Notes: generated by a model from the letters alone, not told the origin. A DNA stretch of 64,000 nucleotides from the human T2T-CHM13v2.0 reference genome, Homo sapiens (GCF_009914755.1 NC_060928.1), one strand, 5' to 3'. Shown: positions 1 through 12,923, numbered from the stretch's first letter. Numbers and translations: made by a program.

Positions 1-136
1 CAGAAAGAAGCATTCTCAGAAACTTCTTTGTGTTGTGTGTACTCATGTAACAGTGTTGAACCATCCTTTTGACAGAGCAGTTTGGAAACACTCTTTTTGT
101 AGAATCTGCAAGTGGATATTTGGATAGCTTTGAGGA

Positions 137-153
137 TTTCGTTGGAAACGGGA
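137..153 (+). promoter_or_regulatory. CENP-B box, intact (monomer 1; recurs at the same offset in each HOR)
   Basis: TTTCGTTGGAAACGGGA matches the NTTCGNNNNANNCGGGN core. Confidence 0.95.
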
Positions 154-474
154 TGACATATAATATCTAGAGAGAAGCATTCTCAGGAACTTCTTTGTGA
201 TGTTTGCATTCAAGTCACAGAATTGAACATTCCCTTTCATAGAGCAGGTTTGAAACACTCTTTCTCTAGTATCTGGAAGTGGGCATTTCAAGCGCTTTCA
301 GGCCTATGGAGAGAAAGGAAATACCTTCAAATAAAAACTAGACAGAAGCATTCTCAGAAACTTATTTGTGATGTGTGTCCTCAACTAACAGAGTTGAACC
401 TTTGTTTTGATACAGCATTTTGGAAACACTCCTTTTGTAGAATCTGCAGGTGGATATTTGGATAGCTTTGAAGA

Positions 475-491
475 TTTCGTTGGAAACCGGA
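475..491 (+). promoter_or_regulatory. Degenerate CENP-B box (monomer 3; CGGG>CCGG, fixed in all copies)
   Basis: TTTCGTTGGAAACCGGA. Confidence 0.85.
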
Positions 492-817
492 ATATCTTCA
501 TATAAAATCAAGACAGAAGCATTCTCGGAAACATCTCTGTGATGTTTGCATTCAACTCAGTAGAGTTGAACACTTCCTTTCATAGAGCAGGTTTGAAACA
601 CTCTTTCTGCACTACCTGGAAGCGGACATTTCGAGCGCTTTGAGGCCTATGGTGAAAAAGGAAATATCTTCTCATAAAAACCAGAAAGAAGCATTCTCAG
701 AAACTTCTTTGTGTTGTGTGTACTCAAGTAACAGTGTTGAACCTTCCTTTTGACACAGCAGTTTTGAAACACTCTTTTGGTAGAATCTGCAAGTGGATAT
801 TTGGATAGCTTTGAGGA

Positions 818-834
818 TTTCGTTGGAAACGGGT
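818..834 (+). promoter_or_regulatory. CENP-B box, intact core (monomer 5)
   Basis: TTTCGTTGGAAACGGGT. Confidence 0.9.
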
Positions 835-987
835 TATCTTCATATAAAATCCAGACAGGAGCATTCTCAGAAACTTCTTTGTGCTGTATGTCCTCAATTC
901 ACAGAGCTGAACCTTTGTTTGGATACAGCATTTTGGAGACATTCCTTTAGTAGAATCTGCAAGTTGATATTTAGATAGCTTTGAAGA

Positions 988-1004
988 TTTCGTTGGAAAC
1001 GGGA
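988..1004 (+). promoter_or_regulatory. CENP-B box, intact (monomer 6)
   Basis: TTTCGTTGGAAACGGGA. Confidence 0.95.
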
Positions 1005-1327
1005 ATATCTTCATAGAAAATCTAGACGGAAGCATTCTCAGAAACTGCTTTGTGATGTTTGCATTCAAGTCACAGAGTTGAATATTCCCTTTTATAGAGC
1101 AGGTTTGAAACACTCTTTCGGCACTACCTGGAAGTGGATATTTCGAGCTCTTTGAGGCCTATGGTTAAAAGGAAATATCTTCCCATAAAAACTAGACAGA
1201 AGCCGTCTCAGAAACTTGTTTGTGATGTGTGTATTCAACTAACAGAGTTGAACATTTCTGTTACAGAGCAATTTTAAAACACTCTTTTTGTGGAATCTGA
1301 AAGTGGATAATTGGATAGCTTTGTGGA

Positions 1328-1344
1328 TTTCGTTGGAAACGGGA
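1328..1344 (+). promoter_or_regulatory. CENP-B box, intact (monomer 8)
   Basis: TTTCGTTGGAAACGGGA. Confidence 0.95.
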
Positions 1345-1665
1345 TGACGTATAAAATCTAGAGAGAAGCATTCTCAGGAACTTCTTTCTGATGTTTGCAT
1401 TCAAGTCACAGAATTGAACATTCCTTTTCATAGTGCAGGTTTGAAACACTCTTTCTGTAGTATCTGGAAGTGGACATTTCAAGCGCTTTCAGGCCTACGG
1501 GGAGAAAGGAAATATCTTCAAATAAAAACTAGACAGAAGCATTCTCAGAAACTTATTTGTGATGTGTGTCCTAAACGAACACAGTTGAACCTTTGTTTTG
1601 ATACAGCATTTTGGAAACACTCCTTTTGTAGGATCTGCAGGTGGATATTTGGATAGATTTTAAGA

Positions 1666-1682
1666 TTTCGTTGGAAACGGGA
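1666..1682 (+). promoter_or_regulatory. CENP-B box, intact (monomer 10)
   Basis: TTTCGTTGGAAACGGGA. Confidence 0.95.
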
Positions 1683-2007
1683 ATTTCTTCATAGAAACTC
1701 AAGACTGATGCATTCTCCGAAACTTCTCTGTGATGTTTGCATTCCACTCATAGAGTTGAAGACTTCCTTTCATAGAGCAGGTTTGAAACACTCTTTTTGT
1801 AATATTTGGAAGTGGACATTTGCAGCGCTTTGAGGCCTATGGTGAAAAAGGAAATATCTTCTCATAAAAACCAGAAACAAGCATTCTCAGAAACTTCTTT
1901 TTGATGTGTGTACTCAAGTAACAGAGTTGAACCTTCCTTTTGACACAGCAGTTTTGAAACAATCTTTTTGTAGAATCTGCAAGTGGATATTTGGATAGCT
2001 TTGAGGA

Positions 2008-2024
2008 TTTCGTTGGAAACGGGA
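2008..2024 (+). promoter_or_regulatory. CENP-B box, intact (monomer 12)
   Basis: TTTCGTTGGAAACGGGA. Confidence 0.95.
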
Positions 2025-2177
2025 TATCTTCATATAAAATCTAGACAGAAGCATTCTCAGAAACTTCTTTGTGCTGTATGTCCTCAATTAACAGAGTTGA
2101 ACCATTGCTTGGATACAGCATTTTGGAAACATTCCTTGAGTAGAATCTGCAAGTTGATATTTAGATAGATTTGAAGA

Positions 2178-2194
2178 TTTCGTTGGAAACGGGA
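2178..2194 (+). promoter_or_regulatory. CENP-B box, intact (monomer 13)
   Basis: TTTCGTTGGAAACGGGA. Confidence 0.95.
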
Positions 2195-2519
2195 ATATCT
2201 CCATAGAAAATCTAGACGGAAGCATTCTCAGAAACTGCTTTGTGATGTTTCCATTCAAGTCAGAGAGTTGAATATTCTCTTTTATAGAGCACGTTTGAAA
2301 CACTCTTTCTGCACTATCTGGAAGTGGACATTTCGAGCGCTTTGAGGCCTATGGTGAAAAAGGAAATATCTTCCCATAAAAACTAGACAGAAGCATTCTC
2401 AGAAACTTGTTTGTGATGTGTGTATTCAACTAACAGAGTTGAACTTTTGTTTTTACAGAGCCGTTTTAAAACACTCTTTTTGTGGAATCAGAAAGTGGAT
2501 ATTCGGATGGCTCTGAGGA

Positions 2520-2536
2520 TTTCGTTGGAAGCGGGA
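2520..2536 (+). promoter_or_regulatory. CENP-B box, intact (monomer 15)
   Basis: TTTCGTTGGAAGCGGGA. Confidence 0.95.
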
Positions 2537-2857
2537 TTACATATAAAATCTAGAGAGAAGCATTCTCAGGAACTTCTTTGTGATGTTTGCATTGAAGTCA
2601 CAGAATTGAACATTCACTTTGATAGAGCAGGTTTGAAACACTCATTCTGTAGTATCTGGAAGTGGACATTTCAAGCGCTTTCAGGCCTATGGTGAGAAAG
2701 GAAATATCTTCGAATAAAAACTAGACAGAAGCATCCTCAGAAACTTATTTGTGATGTGTGTCCTCAACTAACAGAGTTGAAACTTTGTTTTGATACAGCA
2801 TTTTGGAAACAGTCTTTTTGTAGAATCTGCAGGTGGATATTTGGATAGCTTAGAGGG

Positions 2858-2874
2858 ATTCGTTGGAAAGGGGA
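2858..2874 (+). promoter_or_regulatory. Degenerate CENP-B box (monomer 17; CGGG>GGGG, fixed in all copies)
   Basis: ATTCGTTGGAAAGGGGA. Confidence 0.85.
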
Positions 2875-3027
2875 TATCTTCATATAAAATCTAGACAGAA
2901 GCATTCTCAGAAACTTATTTGTGATGTGTGTCCTCAACTAACAGAGTTGAACCTTGGTTTTGATACAGCATTTTGGAAACACTCCTTTTGTAGAATCTGC
3001 AGGTGGATATGTGGATAGCTCTGAAGA

Positions 3028-3044
3028 TTTCGTTGGAAACGGGA
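3028..3044 (+). promoter_or_regulatory. CENP-B box, intact (monomer 18)
   Basis: TTTCGTTGGAAACGGGA. Confidence 0.95.
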
Positions 3045-3232
3045 ATTTCTTCATATAAAATCAAACAGAAGCATTCTCAGAAACTTCTCAGTGATGTTTG
3101 CATTCAGTTCATGGAGTTGAACACTTCCTTTCATAGAGCCGGTTTGAAACACTCTTTCTGCACTACCTGGAAGAGGACATTTCGAGCGCTTTGAGTCCTA
3201 TGGTGAAAAAGGAAATATCTTCTCATAAAAAC

Positions 3233-6200
3233 CAGAAAGAAGCATTCTCAGAAACTTCTTTGTGTTGTGTGTACTCATGTAACAGTGTTGAACCATCCTT
3301 TTGACAGAGCAGTTTTGAAACACTCTTTTTGTAGAATCTGCAAGTGGATATTTGGATAGCTTTGAGGATTTCGTTGGAAACGGGATGACATATAATATCT
3401 AGAGAGAAGCATTCTCAGGAACTTCTTTGTGATGTTTGCATTCAAGTCACAGAATTGAACATTCCCTTTCATAGAGCAGGTTTGAAACACTCTTTCTCTA
3501 GTATCTGGAAGTGGGCATTTCAAGCGCTTTCAGGCCTATGGAGAGAAAGGAAATACCTTCAAATAAAAACTAGACAGAAGCATTCTCAGAAACTTATTTG
3601 TGATGTGTGTCCTCAACTAACAGAGTTGAACCTTTGTTTTGATACAGCATTTTGGAAACACTCCTTTTGTAGAATCTGCAGGTGGATATTTGGATAGCTT
3701 TGAAGATTTCGTTGGAAACCGGAATATCTTCATATAAAATCAAGACAGAAGCATTCTCGGAAACATCTCTGTGATGTTTGCATTCAACTCAGTAGAGTTG
3801 AACACTTCCTTTCATAGAGCAGGTTTGAAACACTCTTTCTGCACTACCTGGAAGCGGACATTTCGAGCGCTTTGAGGCCTATGGTGAAAAAGGAAATATC
3901 TTCTCATAAAAACCAGAAAGAAGCATTCTCAGAAACTTCTTTGTGTTGTGTGTACTCAAGTAACAGTGTTGAACCTTCCTTTTGACACAGCAGTTTTGAA
4001 ACACTCTTTTGGTAGAATCTGCAAGTGGATATTTGGATAGCTTTGAGGATTTCGTTGGAAACGGGTTATCTTCATATAAAATCCAGACAGGAGCATTCTC
4101 AGAAACTTCTTTGTGCTGTATGTCCTCAATTCACAGAGCTGAACCTTTGTTTGGATACAGCATTTTGGAGACATTCCTTTAGTAGAATCTGCAAGTTGAT
4201 ATTTAGATAGCTTTGAAGATTTCGTTGGAAACGGGAATATCTTCATAGAAAATCTAGACGGAAGCATTCTCAGAAACTGCTTTGTGATGTTTGCATTCAA
4301 GTCACAGAGTTGAATATTCCCTTTTATAGAGTAGGTTTGAAACACTCTTTCGGCACTACCTGGAAGTGGATATTTCGAGCTCTTTGAGGCCTATGGTTAA
4401 AAGGAAATATCTTCCCATAAAAACTAGACAGAAGCCGTCTCAGAAACTTGTTTGTGATGTGTGTATTCAACTAACAGAGTTGAACATTTCTGTTACAGAG
4501 CAATTTTAAAACACTCTTTTTGTGGAATCTGAAAGTGGATAATTGGATAGCTTTGTGGATTTCGTTGGAAACGGGATGACGTATAAAATCTAGAGAGAAG
4601 CATTCTCAGGAACTTCTTTCTGATGTTTGCATTCAAGTCACAGAATTGAACATTCCTTTTCATAGTGCAGGTTTGAAACACTCTTTCTGTAGTATCTGGA
4701 AGTGGACATTTCAAGCGCTTTCAGGCCTACGGGGAGAAAGGAAATATCTTCAAATAAAAACTAGACAGAAGCATTCTCAGAAACTTATTTGTGATGTGTG
4801 TCCTAAATGAACACAGTTGAACCTTTGTTTTGATACAGCATTTTGGAAACACTCCTTTTGTAGGATCTGCACGTGGATATTTGGATAGATTTTAAGATTT
4901 CGTTGGAAACGGGAATTTCTTCATAGAAACTCAAGACTGATGCATTCTCCGAAACTTCTCTGTGATGTTTGCATTCCACTCATAGAGTTGAAGACTTCCT
5001 TTCATAGAGCAGGTTTGAAACACTCTTTTTGTAATATTTGGAAGTGGACATTTGCAGCGCTTTGAGGCCTATGGTGAAAAAGGAAATATCTTCTCATAAA
5101 AACCAGAAACAAGCATTCTCAGAAACTTCTTTTTGATGTGTGTACTCAAGTAACAGAGTTGAACCTTCCTTTTGACACAGCAGTTTTGAAACAATCTTTT
5201 TGTAGAATCTGCAAGTGGATATTTGGATAGCTTTGAGGATTTCGTTGGAAACGGGATATCTTCATATAAAATCTAGACAGAAGCATTCTCAGAAACTTCT
5301 TTGTGCTGTATGTCCTCAATTAACAGAGTTGAACCATTGCTTGGATACAGCATTTTGGAAACATTCCTTGAGTAGAATCTGCAAGTTGATATTTAGATAG
5401 ATTTGAAGATTTCGTTGGAAACGGGAATATCTCCATAGAAAATCTAGACGGAAGCATTCTCAGAAACTGCTTTGTGATGTTTCCATTCAAGTCAGAGTTG
5501 AATATTCTCTTTTATAGAGCACGTTTGAAACACTCTTTCTGCACTATCTGGAAGTGGACATTTCGAGCGCTTTGAGGCCTATGGTGAAAAAGGAAATATC
5601 TTCCCATAAAAACTAGACAGAAGCATTCTCAGAAACTTGTTTGTGATGTGTGTATTCAACTAACAGAGTTGAACTTTTGTTTTTACAGAGCCGTTTTAAA
5701 ACACTCTTTTTGTGGAATCAGAAAGTGGATATTCGGATGGCTCTGAGGATTTCGTTGGAAGCGGGATTACGTATAAAATCTAGAGAGAAGCATTCTCAGG
5801 AACTTCTTTGTGATGTTTGCATTGAAGTCACAGAATTGAACATTCACTTTGATAGAGCAGGTTTGAAACACTCATTCTGTAGTATCTGGAAGTGGACATT
5901 TCAAGCGCTTTCAGGCCTATGGTGAGAAAGGAAATATCTTCGAATAAAAACTAGACAGAAGCATCCTCAGAAACTTATTTGTGATGTGTGTCCTCAACTA
6001 ACAGAGTTGAAACTTTGTTTTGATACAGCATTTTGGAAACACTCTTTTTGTAGAATCTGCAGGTGGATATTTGGATAGCTTAGAGGGATTCGTTGGAAAG
6101 GGGAAATCTTCATATAAAATCTAGACAGAAGCATTCTCAGAAACTTATTTGTGATGTGTGTCCTCAACTAACAGAGTTGAACCTTGGTTTTGATACAGCA

Positions 6201-6462
6201 TTTTGGAAACACTCCTTTTGTAGAATCTGCAGGTGGATATGTGGATAGCTCTGAAGATTTCGTTGGAAACGGGAATTTCTTCATATAAAATCAAACAGAA
6301 GCATTCTCAGAAACTTCTCAGTGATGTTTGCATTCAGCTCATGGAGTTGAACACTTCCTTTCATAGAGCCGGTTTGAAACACTCTTTCTGCACTACCTGG
6401 AAGAGGACATTTCGAGCGCTTTGAGTCCTATGGTGAAAAAGGAAATATCTTCTCATAAAAAC
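3233..6462 (+). repeat. HOR copy 2 (3230 bp, 2-bp deletion)
   Basis: GTCAGAGTTG at ~5491 versus GTCAGAGAGTTG in other copies. Confidence 0.93.
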
Positions 6463-9400
6463 CAGAAAGAAGCATTCTCAGAAACTTCTTTGTGTTGTGT
6501 GTACTCATGTAACAGTGTTGAACCATCCTTTTGACAGAGCAGTTTTGAAACACTCTTTTTGTAGAATCTGCAAGTGGATATTTGGATAGCTTTGAGGATT
6601 TCGTTGGAAACGGGATGACATATAATATCTAGAGAGAAGCATTCTCAGGAACTTCTTTGTGATGTTTGCATTCAAGTCACAGAATTGAACATTCCCTTTC
6701 ATAGAGCAGGTTTGAAACACTCTTTCTCTGGTATCTGGAAGTGGGCATTTCAAGCGCTTTCAGGCCTATGGAGAGAAAGGAAATACCTTCAAATAAAAAC
6801 TAGACAGAAGCATTCTCAGAAACTTATTTGTGATGTGTGTCCTCAACTAACAGAGTTGAACCTTTGTTTTGATACAGCATTTTGGAAACACTCCTTTTGT
6901 AGAATCTGCAGGTGGATATTTGGATAGCTTTGAAGATTTCGTTGGAAACCGGAATATCTTCATATAAAATCAAGACAGAAGCATTCTCGGAAACATCTCT
7001 GTGATGTTTGCATTCAACTCAGTAGAGTTGAACACTTCCTTTCATAGAGCAGGTTTGAAACACTCTTTCTGCACTACCTGGAAGCGGACATTTCGAGCGC
7101 TTTGAGGCCTATGGTGAAAAAGGAAATATCTTCTCATAAAAACCAGAAAGAAGCATTCTCAGAAACTTCTTTGTGTTGTGTGTACTCAAGTAACAGTGTT
7201 GAACCTTCCTTTTGACACAGCAGTTTTGAAACACTCTTTTGGTAGAATCTGCAAGTGGATATTTGGATAGATTTGAGGATTTCTTTGGAAACGGGTTATC
7301 TTCATATAAAATCAGACAGGAGCATTCTCAGAAACTTCTTTGTGCTGTATGTCCTCAATTCACAGAGCTGAACCTTTGTTTGGATACAGCATTTTGGAGA
7401 CATTCCTTTAGTAGAATCTGCAAGTTGATATTTAGATAGCTTTGAAGATTTCGTTGGAAACGGGAATATCTTCATAGAAAATCTAGACGGAAGCATTCTC
7501 AGAAACTGCTTTGTGATGTTTGCATTCAAGTCACAGAGTTGAATATTCCCTTTTATAGAGTAGATTTGAAACACTCTTTCGGCACTACCTGGAAGTGGAT
7601 ATTTCGAGCTCTTTGAGGCCTATGGTTAAAAGGAAATATCTTCCCATAAAAACTAGACAGAAGCCGTCTCAGAAACTTGTTTGTGATGTGTGTATTCAAC
7701 TAACAGAGTTGAACATTTCTGTTACAGAGCAATTTTAAAACACTCTTTTTGTGGAATCTGAAAGTGGATAATTGGATAGCTTTGTGGATTTCGTTGGAAA
7801 CGGGATGACGTATAAAATCTAGAGAGAAGCATTCTCAGGAACTTCTTTCTGATGTTTGCATTCAAGTCACAGAATTGAACATTCCTTTTCATAGTGCAGG
7901 TTTGAAACACTCTTTCTGTAGTATCTGGAAGTGGACATTTCAAGCGCTTTCAGGCCTACGGGGAGAAAGGAAATATCTTCAAATAAAAACTAGACAGAAG
8001 CATTCTCAGAAACTTATTTGTGATGTGTGTCCTAAACGAACACAGTTGAACCTTTGTTTTGATACAGCATTTTGGAAACACTCCTTTTGTAGGATCTGCA
8101 CGTGGATATTTGGATAGATTTTAAGATTTCGTTGGAAACGGGAGTTTCTTCATAGAAACTCAAGACAGATGCATTCTCCGAAACTTCTCTGTGATGTTTG
8201 CATTCCACTCATAGAGTTGAAAACTTCCTTTCATAGAGCAGGTTTGAAACACTCTTTTTGTAATATTTGGAAGTGGACATTTGCAGCGCTTTGAGGCCTA
8301 TGGTGAAAAAGGAAATATCTTCTCATAAAAACCAGAAAAAAGCATTCTCAGACACTTCTTTTTGATGTGTGTACTCAAGTAACAGAGTTGAACCTTCCTT
8401 TTGACACAGCAGTTTTGAAACAATCTTTTTGTAGAATCTGCAAGTGGATATTTGGATAGCTTTGAGGATTTCGTTGGAAACGGGATATCTTCATATAAAA
8501 TCTAGACAGAAGCATTCTCAGAAACTTCTTTGTGCTGTATGTCCTCAATTAACAGAGTTGAACCATTGCTTGGATACAGCATTTTGGAAACATTCCTTCA
8601 GTAGAATCTGCAAGTTGATATTTAGATAGATTTGAAGATTTCGTTGGAAACGGGAATATCTTCATAGAAAATCTAGATGGAAGCATTCTCAGAAACTGCT
8701 TTGTGATGTTTCCATTCAAGTCAGAGAGTTGAATATTCTCTTTTATAGAGCACGTTTGAAACACTCTTTCTGCACTATCTGGAAGTGGACATTTCGAGCG
8801 CTTTGAGGCCTATGGTGAAAAAGGAAATATCTTCCCATAAAAACTAGACAGAAGCATTCTCAGAAACTTGTTTGTGATGTGTGTATTCAACTAACAGAGT
8901 TGAACTTTTGTTTTTACAGAGCCGTTTTAAAACACTCTTTTTGTGGAATCAGAAAGTGGATATTCGGATGGCTCTGAGGATTTCGTTGGAAGCGGGATTA
9001 CGTATAAAATCTAGAGAGAAGCATTCTCAGGAACTTCTTTGTGATGTTTGCATTGAAGTCACAGAATTGAACATTCACTTTGATAGAGCAGGTTTGAAAC
9101 ACTCATTCTGTAGTATCTGGAAGTGGACATTTCAAGCGCTTTCAGGCCTATGGTGAGAAAGGAAATATCTTCGAATAAAAACTAGACAGAAGCATCCTCA
9201 GAAACTTATTTGTGATGTGTGTCCTCAACTAACAGAGTTGAAACTTTGTTTTGATACAGCATTTTGGAAACAGTCTTTTTGTAGAATCTGCAGGTGGATA
9301 TTTGGATAGCTTAGAGGGATTCGTTGGAAAGGGGATATCTTCATATAAAATCTAGACAGAAGCATTCTCAGAAACTTATTTGTGATGTGTGTCCTCAACT

Positions 9401-9693
9401 AACAGAGTTGAACCTTGGTTTTGATACAGCATTTTGGAAACACTCCTTTTGTAGAATCTGCAGGTGGATATGTGGATAGCTCTGAAGATTTCGTTGGAAA
9501 CGGGAATTTCTTCATATAAAATCAAACAGAAGCATTCTCAGAAACTTCTCAGTGATGTTTGCATTCAGTTCATGGAGTTGAACACTTCCTTTCATAGAGC
9601 CGGTTTGAAACACTCTTTCTGCACTACCTGGAAGAGGACATTTCGAGCGCTTTGAGTCCTATGGTGAAAAAGGAAATATCTTCTCATAAAAAC
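6463..9693 (+). repeat. HOR copy 3 (3231 bp, 1-bp deletion)
   Basis: AATCAGACAGG at ~7310 versus AATCCAGACAGG. Confidence 0.93.
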
Positions 9694-12600
9694 CAGAAAG
9701 AAGCATTCTCAGAAACTTCTTTGTGTTGTGTGTACTCATGTAACAGTGTTGAACCATCCTTTTGACAGAGCAGTTTTGAAACACTCTTTTTGTAGAATCT
9801 GCAAGTGGATATTTGGATAGCTTTGAGGATTTCGTTGGAAACGGGATGACATATAATATCTAGAGAGAAGCATTCTCAGGAACTTCTTTGTGATGTTTGC
9901 ATTCAAGTCACAGAATTGAACATTCCCTTTCATAGAGCAGGTTTGAAACACTCTTTCTCTAGTATCTGGAAGTGGGCATTTCAAGCGCTTTCAGGCCTAT
10001 GGAGAGAAAGGAAATACCTTCAAATAAAAACTAGACAGAAGCATTCTCAGAAACTTATTTGTGATGTGTGTCCTCAACTAACAGAGTTGAACCTTTGTTT
10101 TGATACAGCATTTTGGAAACACTCCTTTTGTAGAATCTGCAGGTGGATATTTGGATAGCTTTGAAGATTTCGTTGGAAACCGGAATATCTTCATATAAAA
10201 TCAAGACAGAAGCATTCTCGGAAACATCTCTGTGATGTTTGCATTCAACTCAGTAGAGTTGAACACTTCCTTTCATAGAGCAGGTTTGAAACACTCTTTC
10301 TGCACTACCTGGAAGCGGACATTTCGAGCGCTTTGAGGCCTATGGTGAAAAAGGAAATATCTTCTCATAAAAACCAGAAAGAAGCATTCTCAGAAACTTC
10401 TTTGTGTTGTGTGTACTCAAGTAACAGTGTTGAACCTTCCTTTTGACACAGCAGTTTTGAAACACTCTTTTGGTAGAATCTGCAAGTGGATATTTGGATA
10501 GCTTTGAGGATTTCGTTGGAAACGGGTTATCTTCATATAAAATCCAGACAGGAGCATTCTCAGAAACTTCTTTGTGCTGTATGTCCTCAATTCACAGAGC
10601 TGAACCTTTGTTTGGATACAGCATTTTGGAGACATTCCTTTAGTAGAATCTGCAAGTTGATATTTAGATAGCTTTGAAGATTTCGTTGGAAACGGGAATA
10701 TCTTCATAGAAAATCTAGACGGAAGCATTCTCAGAAACTGCTTTGTGATGTTTGCATTCAAGTCACAGAGTTGAATATTCCCTTTTATAGAGTAGGTTTG
10801 AAACACTCTTTCGGCACTACCTGGAAGTGGATATTTCGAGCTCTTTGAGGCCTATGGTTAAAAGGAAATATCTTCCCATAAAAACTAGACAGAAGCCGTC
10901 TCAGAAACTTGTTTGTGATGTGTGTATTCAACTAACAGAGTTGAACATTTCTGTTACAGAGCAATTTTAAAACACTCTTTTTGTGGAATCTGAAAGTGGA
11001 TAATTGGATAGCTTTGTGGATTTCGTTGGAAACGGGATGACGTATAAAATCTAGAGAGAAGCATTCTCAGGAACTTCTTTCTGATGTTTGCATTCAAGTC
11101 ACAGAATTGAACATTCCTTTTCATAGTGCAGGTTTGAAACACTCTTTCTGTAGTATCTGGAAGTGGACATTTCAAGCGCTTTCAGGCCTACGGGGAGAAA
11201 GGAAATATCTTCAAATAAAAACTAGACAGAAGCATTCTCAGAAACTTATTTGTGATGTGTGTCCTAAATGAACACAGTTGAACCTTTGTTTTGATACAGC
11301 ATTTTGGAAACACTCCTTTTGTAGGATCTGCAGGTGGATATTTGGATAGATTTTAAGATTTCGTTGGAAACGGGAATTTCTTCATAGAAACTCAAGACTG
11401 ATGCATTCTCCGAAACTTCTCTGTGATGTTTGCATTCCACTCATAGAGTTGAAGACTTCCTTTCATAGAGCAGGTTTGAAACACTCTTTTTGTAATATTT
11501 GGAAGTGGACATTTGCAGCGCTTTGAGGCCTATGGTGAAAAAGGAAATATCTTCTCATAAAAACCAGAAACAAGCATTCTCAGAAACTTCTTTTTGATGT
11601 GTGTACTCAAGTAACAGAGTTGAACCTTCCTTTTGACACAGCAGTTTTGAAACAATCTTTTTGTAGAATCTGCAAGTGGATATTTGGATAGCTTTGAGGA
11701 TTTCGTTGGAAACGGGATATCTTCATATAAAATCTAGACAGAAGCATTCTCAGAAACTTCTTTGTGCTGTATGTCCTCAATTAACAGAGTTGAACCATTG
11801 CTTGGATACAGCATTTTGGAAACATTCCTTGAGTAGAATCTGCAAGTTGATATTTAGATAGATTTGAAGATTTCGTTGGAAACGGGAATATCTCCATAGA
11901 AAATCTAGACGGAAGCATTCTCAGAAACTGCTTTGTGATGTTTCCATTCAAGTCAGAGTTGAATATTCTCTTTTATAGAGCACGTTTGAAACACTCTTTC
12001 TGCACTATCTGGAAGTGGACATTTCGAGCGCTTTGAGGCCTATGGTGAAAAAGGAAATATCTTCCCATAAAAACTAGACAGAAGCATTCTCAGAAACTTG
12101 TTTGTGATGTGTGTATTCAACTAACAGAGTTGAACTTTTGTTTTTACAGAGCCGTTTTAAAACACTCTTTTTGTGGAATCAGAAAGTGGATATTCGGATG
12201 GCTCTGAGGATTTCGTTGGAAGCGGGATTACGTATAAAATCTAGAGAGAAGCATTCTCAGGAACTTCTTTGTGATGTTTGCATTGAAGTCACAGAATTGA
12301 ACATTCACTTTGATAGAGCAGGTTTGAAACACTCATTCTGTAGTATCTGGAAGTGGACATTTCAAGCGCTTTCAGGCCTATGGTGAGAAAGGAAATATCT
12401 TCGAATAAAAACTAGACAGAAGCATCCTCAGAAACTTATTTGTGATGTGTGTCCTCAACTAACAGAGTTGAAACTTTGTTTTGATACAGCATTTTGGAAA
12501 CACTCTTTTTGTAGAATCTGCAGGTGGATATTTGGATAGCTTAGAGGGATTCGTTGGAAAGGGGAAATCTTCATATAAAATCTAGACAGAAGCATTCTCA

Positions 12601-12923
12601 GAAACTTATTTGTGATGTGTGTCCTCAACTAACAGAGTTGAACCTTGGTTTTGATACAGCATTTTGGAAACACTCCTTTTGTAGAATCTGCAGGTGGATA
12701 TGTGGATAGCTCTGAAGATTTCGTTGGAAACGGGAATTTCTTCATATAAAATCAAACAGAAGCATTCTCAGAAACTTCTCAGTGATGTTTGCATTCAGCT
12801 CATGGAGTTGAACACTTCCTTTCATAGAGCCGGTTTGAAACACTCTTTCTGCACTACCTGGAAGAGGACATTTCGAGCGCTTTGAGTCCTATGGTGAAAA
12901 AGGAAATATCTTCTCATAAAAAC
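9694..12923 (+). repeat. HOR copy 4 (3230 bp; near-identical to copy 2)
   Basis: Same 2-bp deletion at ~11952 and same TAAATGAAC variant at ~11268 as copy 2. Confidence 0.93.

Larger units (their letters stand above)
1..3232 (+). repeat. HOR copy 1 (3232 bp; phase set arbitrarily by the window start)
   Basis: CAGAAAGAAGCATTCTC...CATGTAAC at 1 recurs at 3233. Confidence 0.95.
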
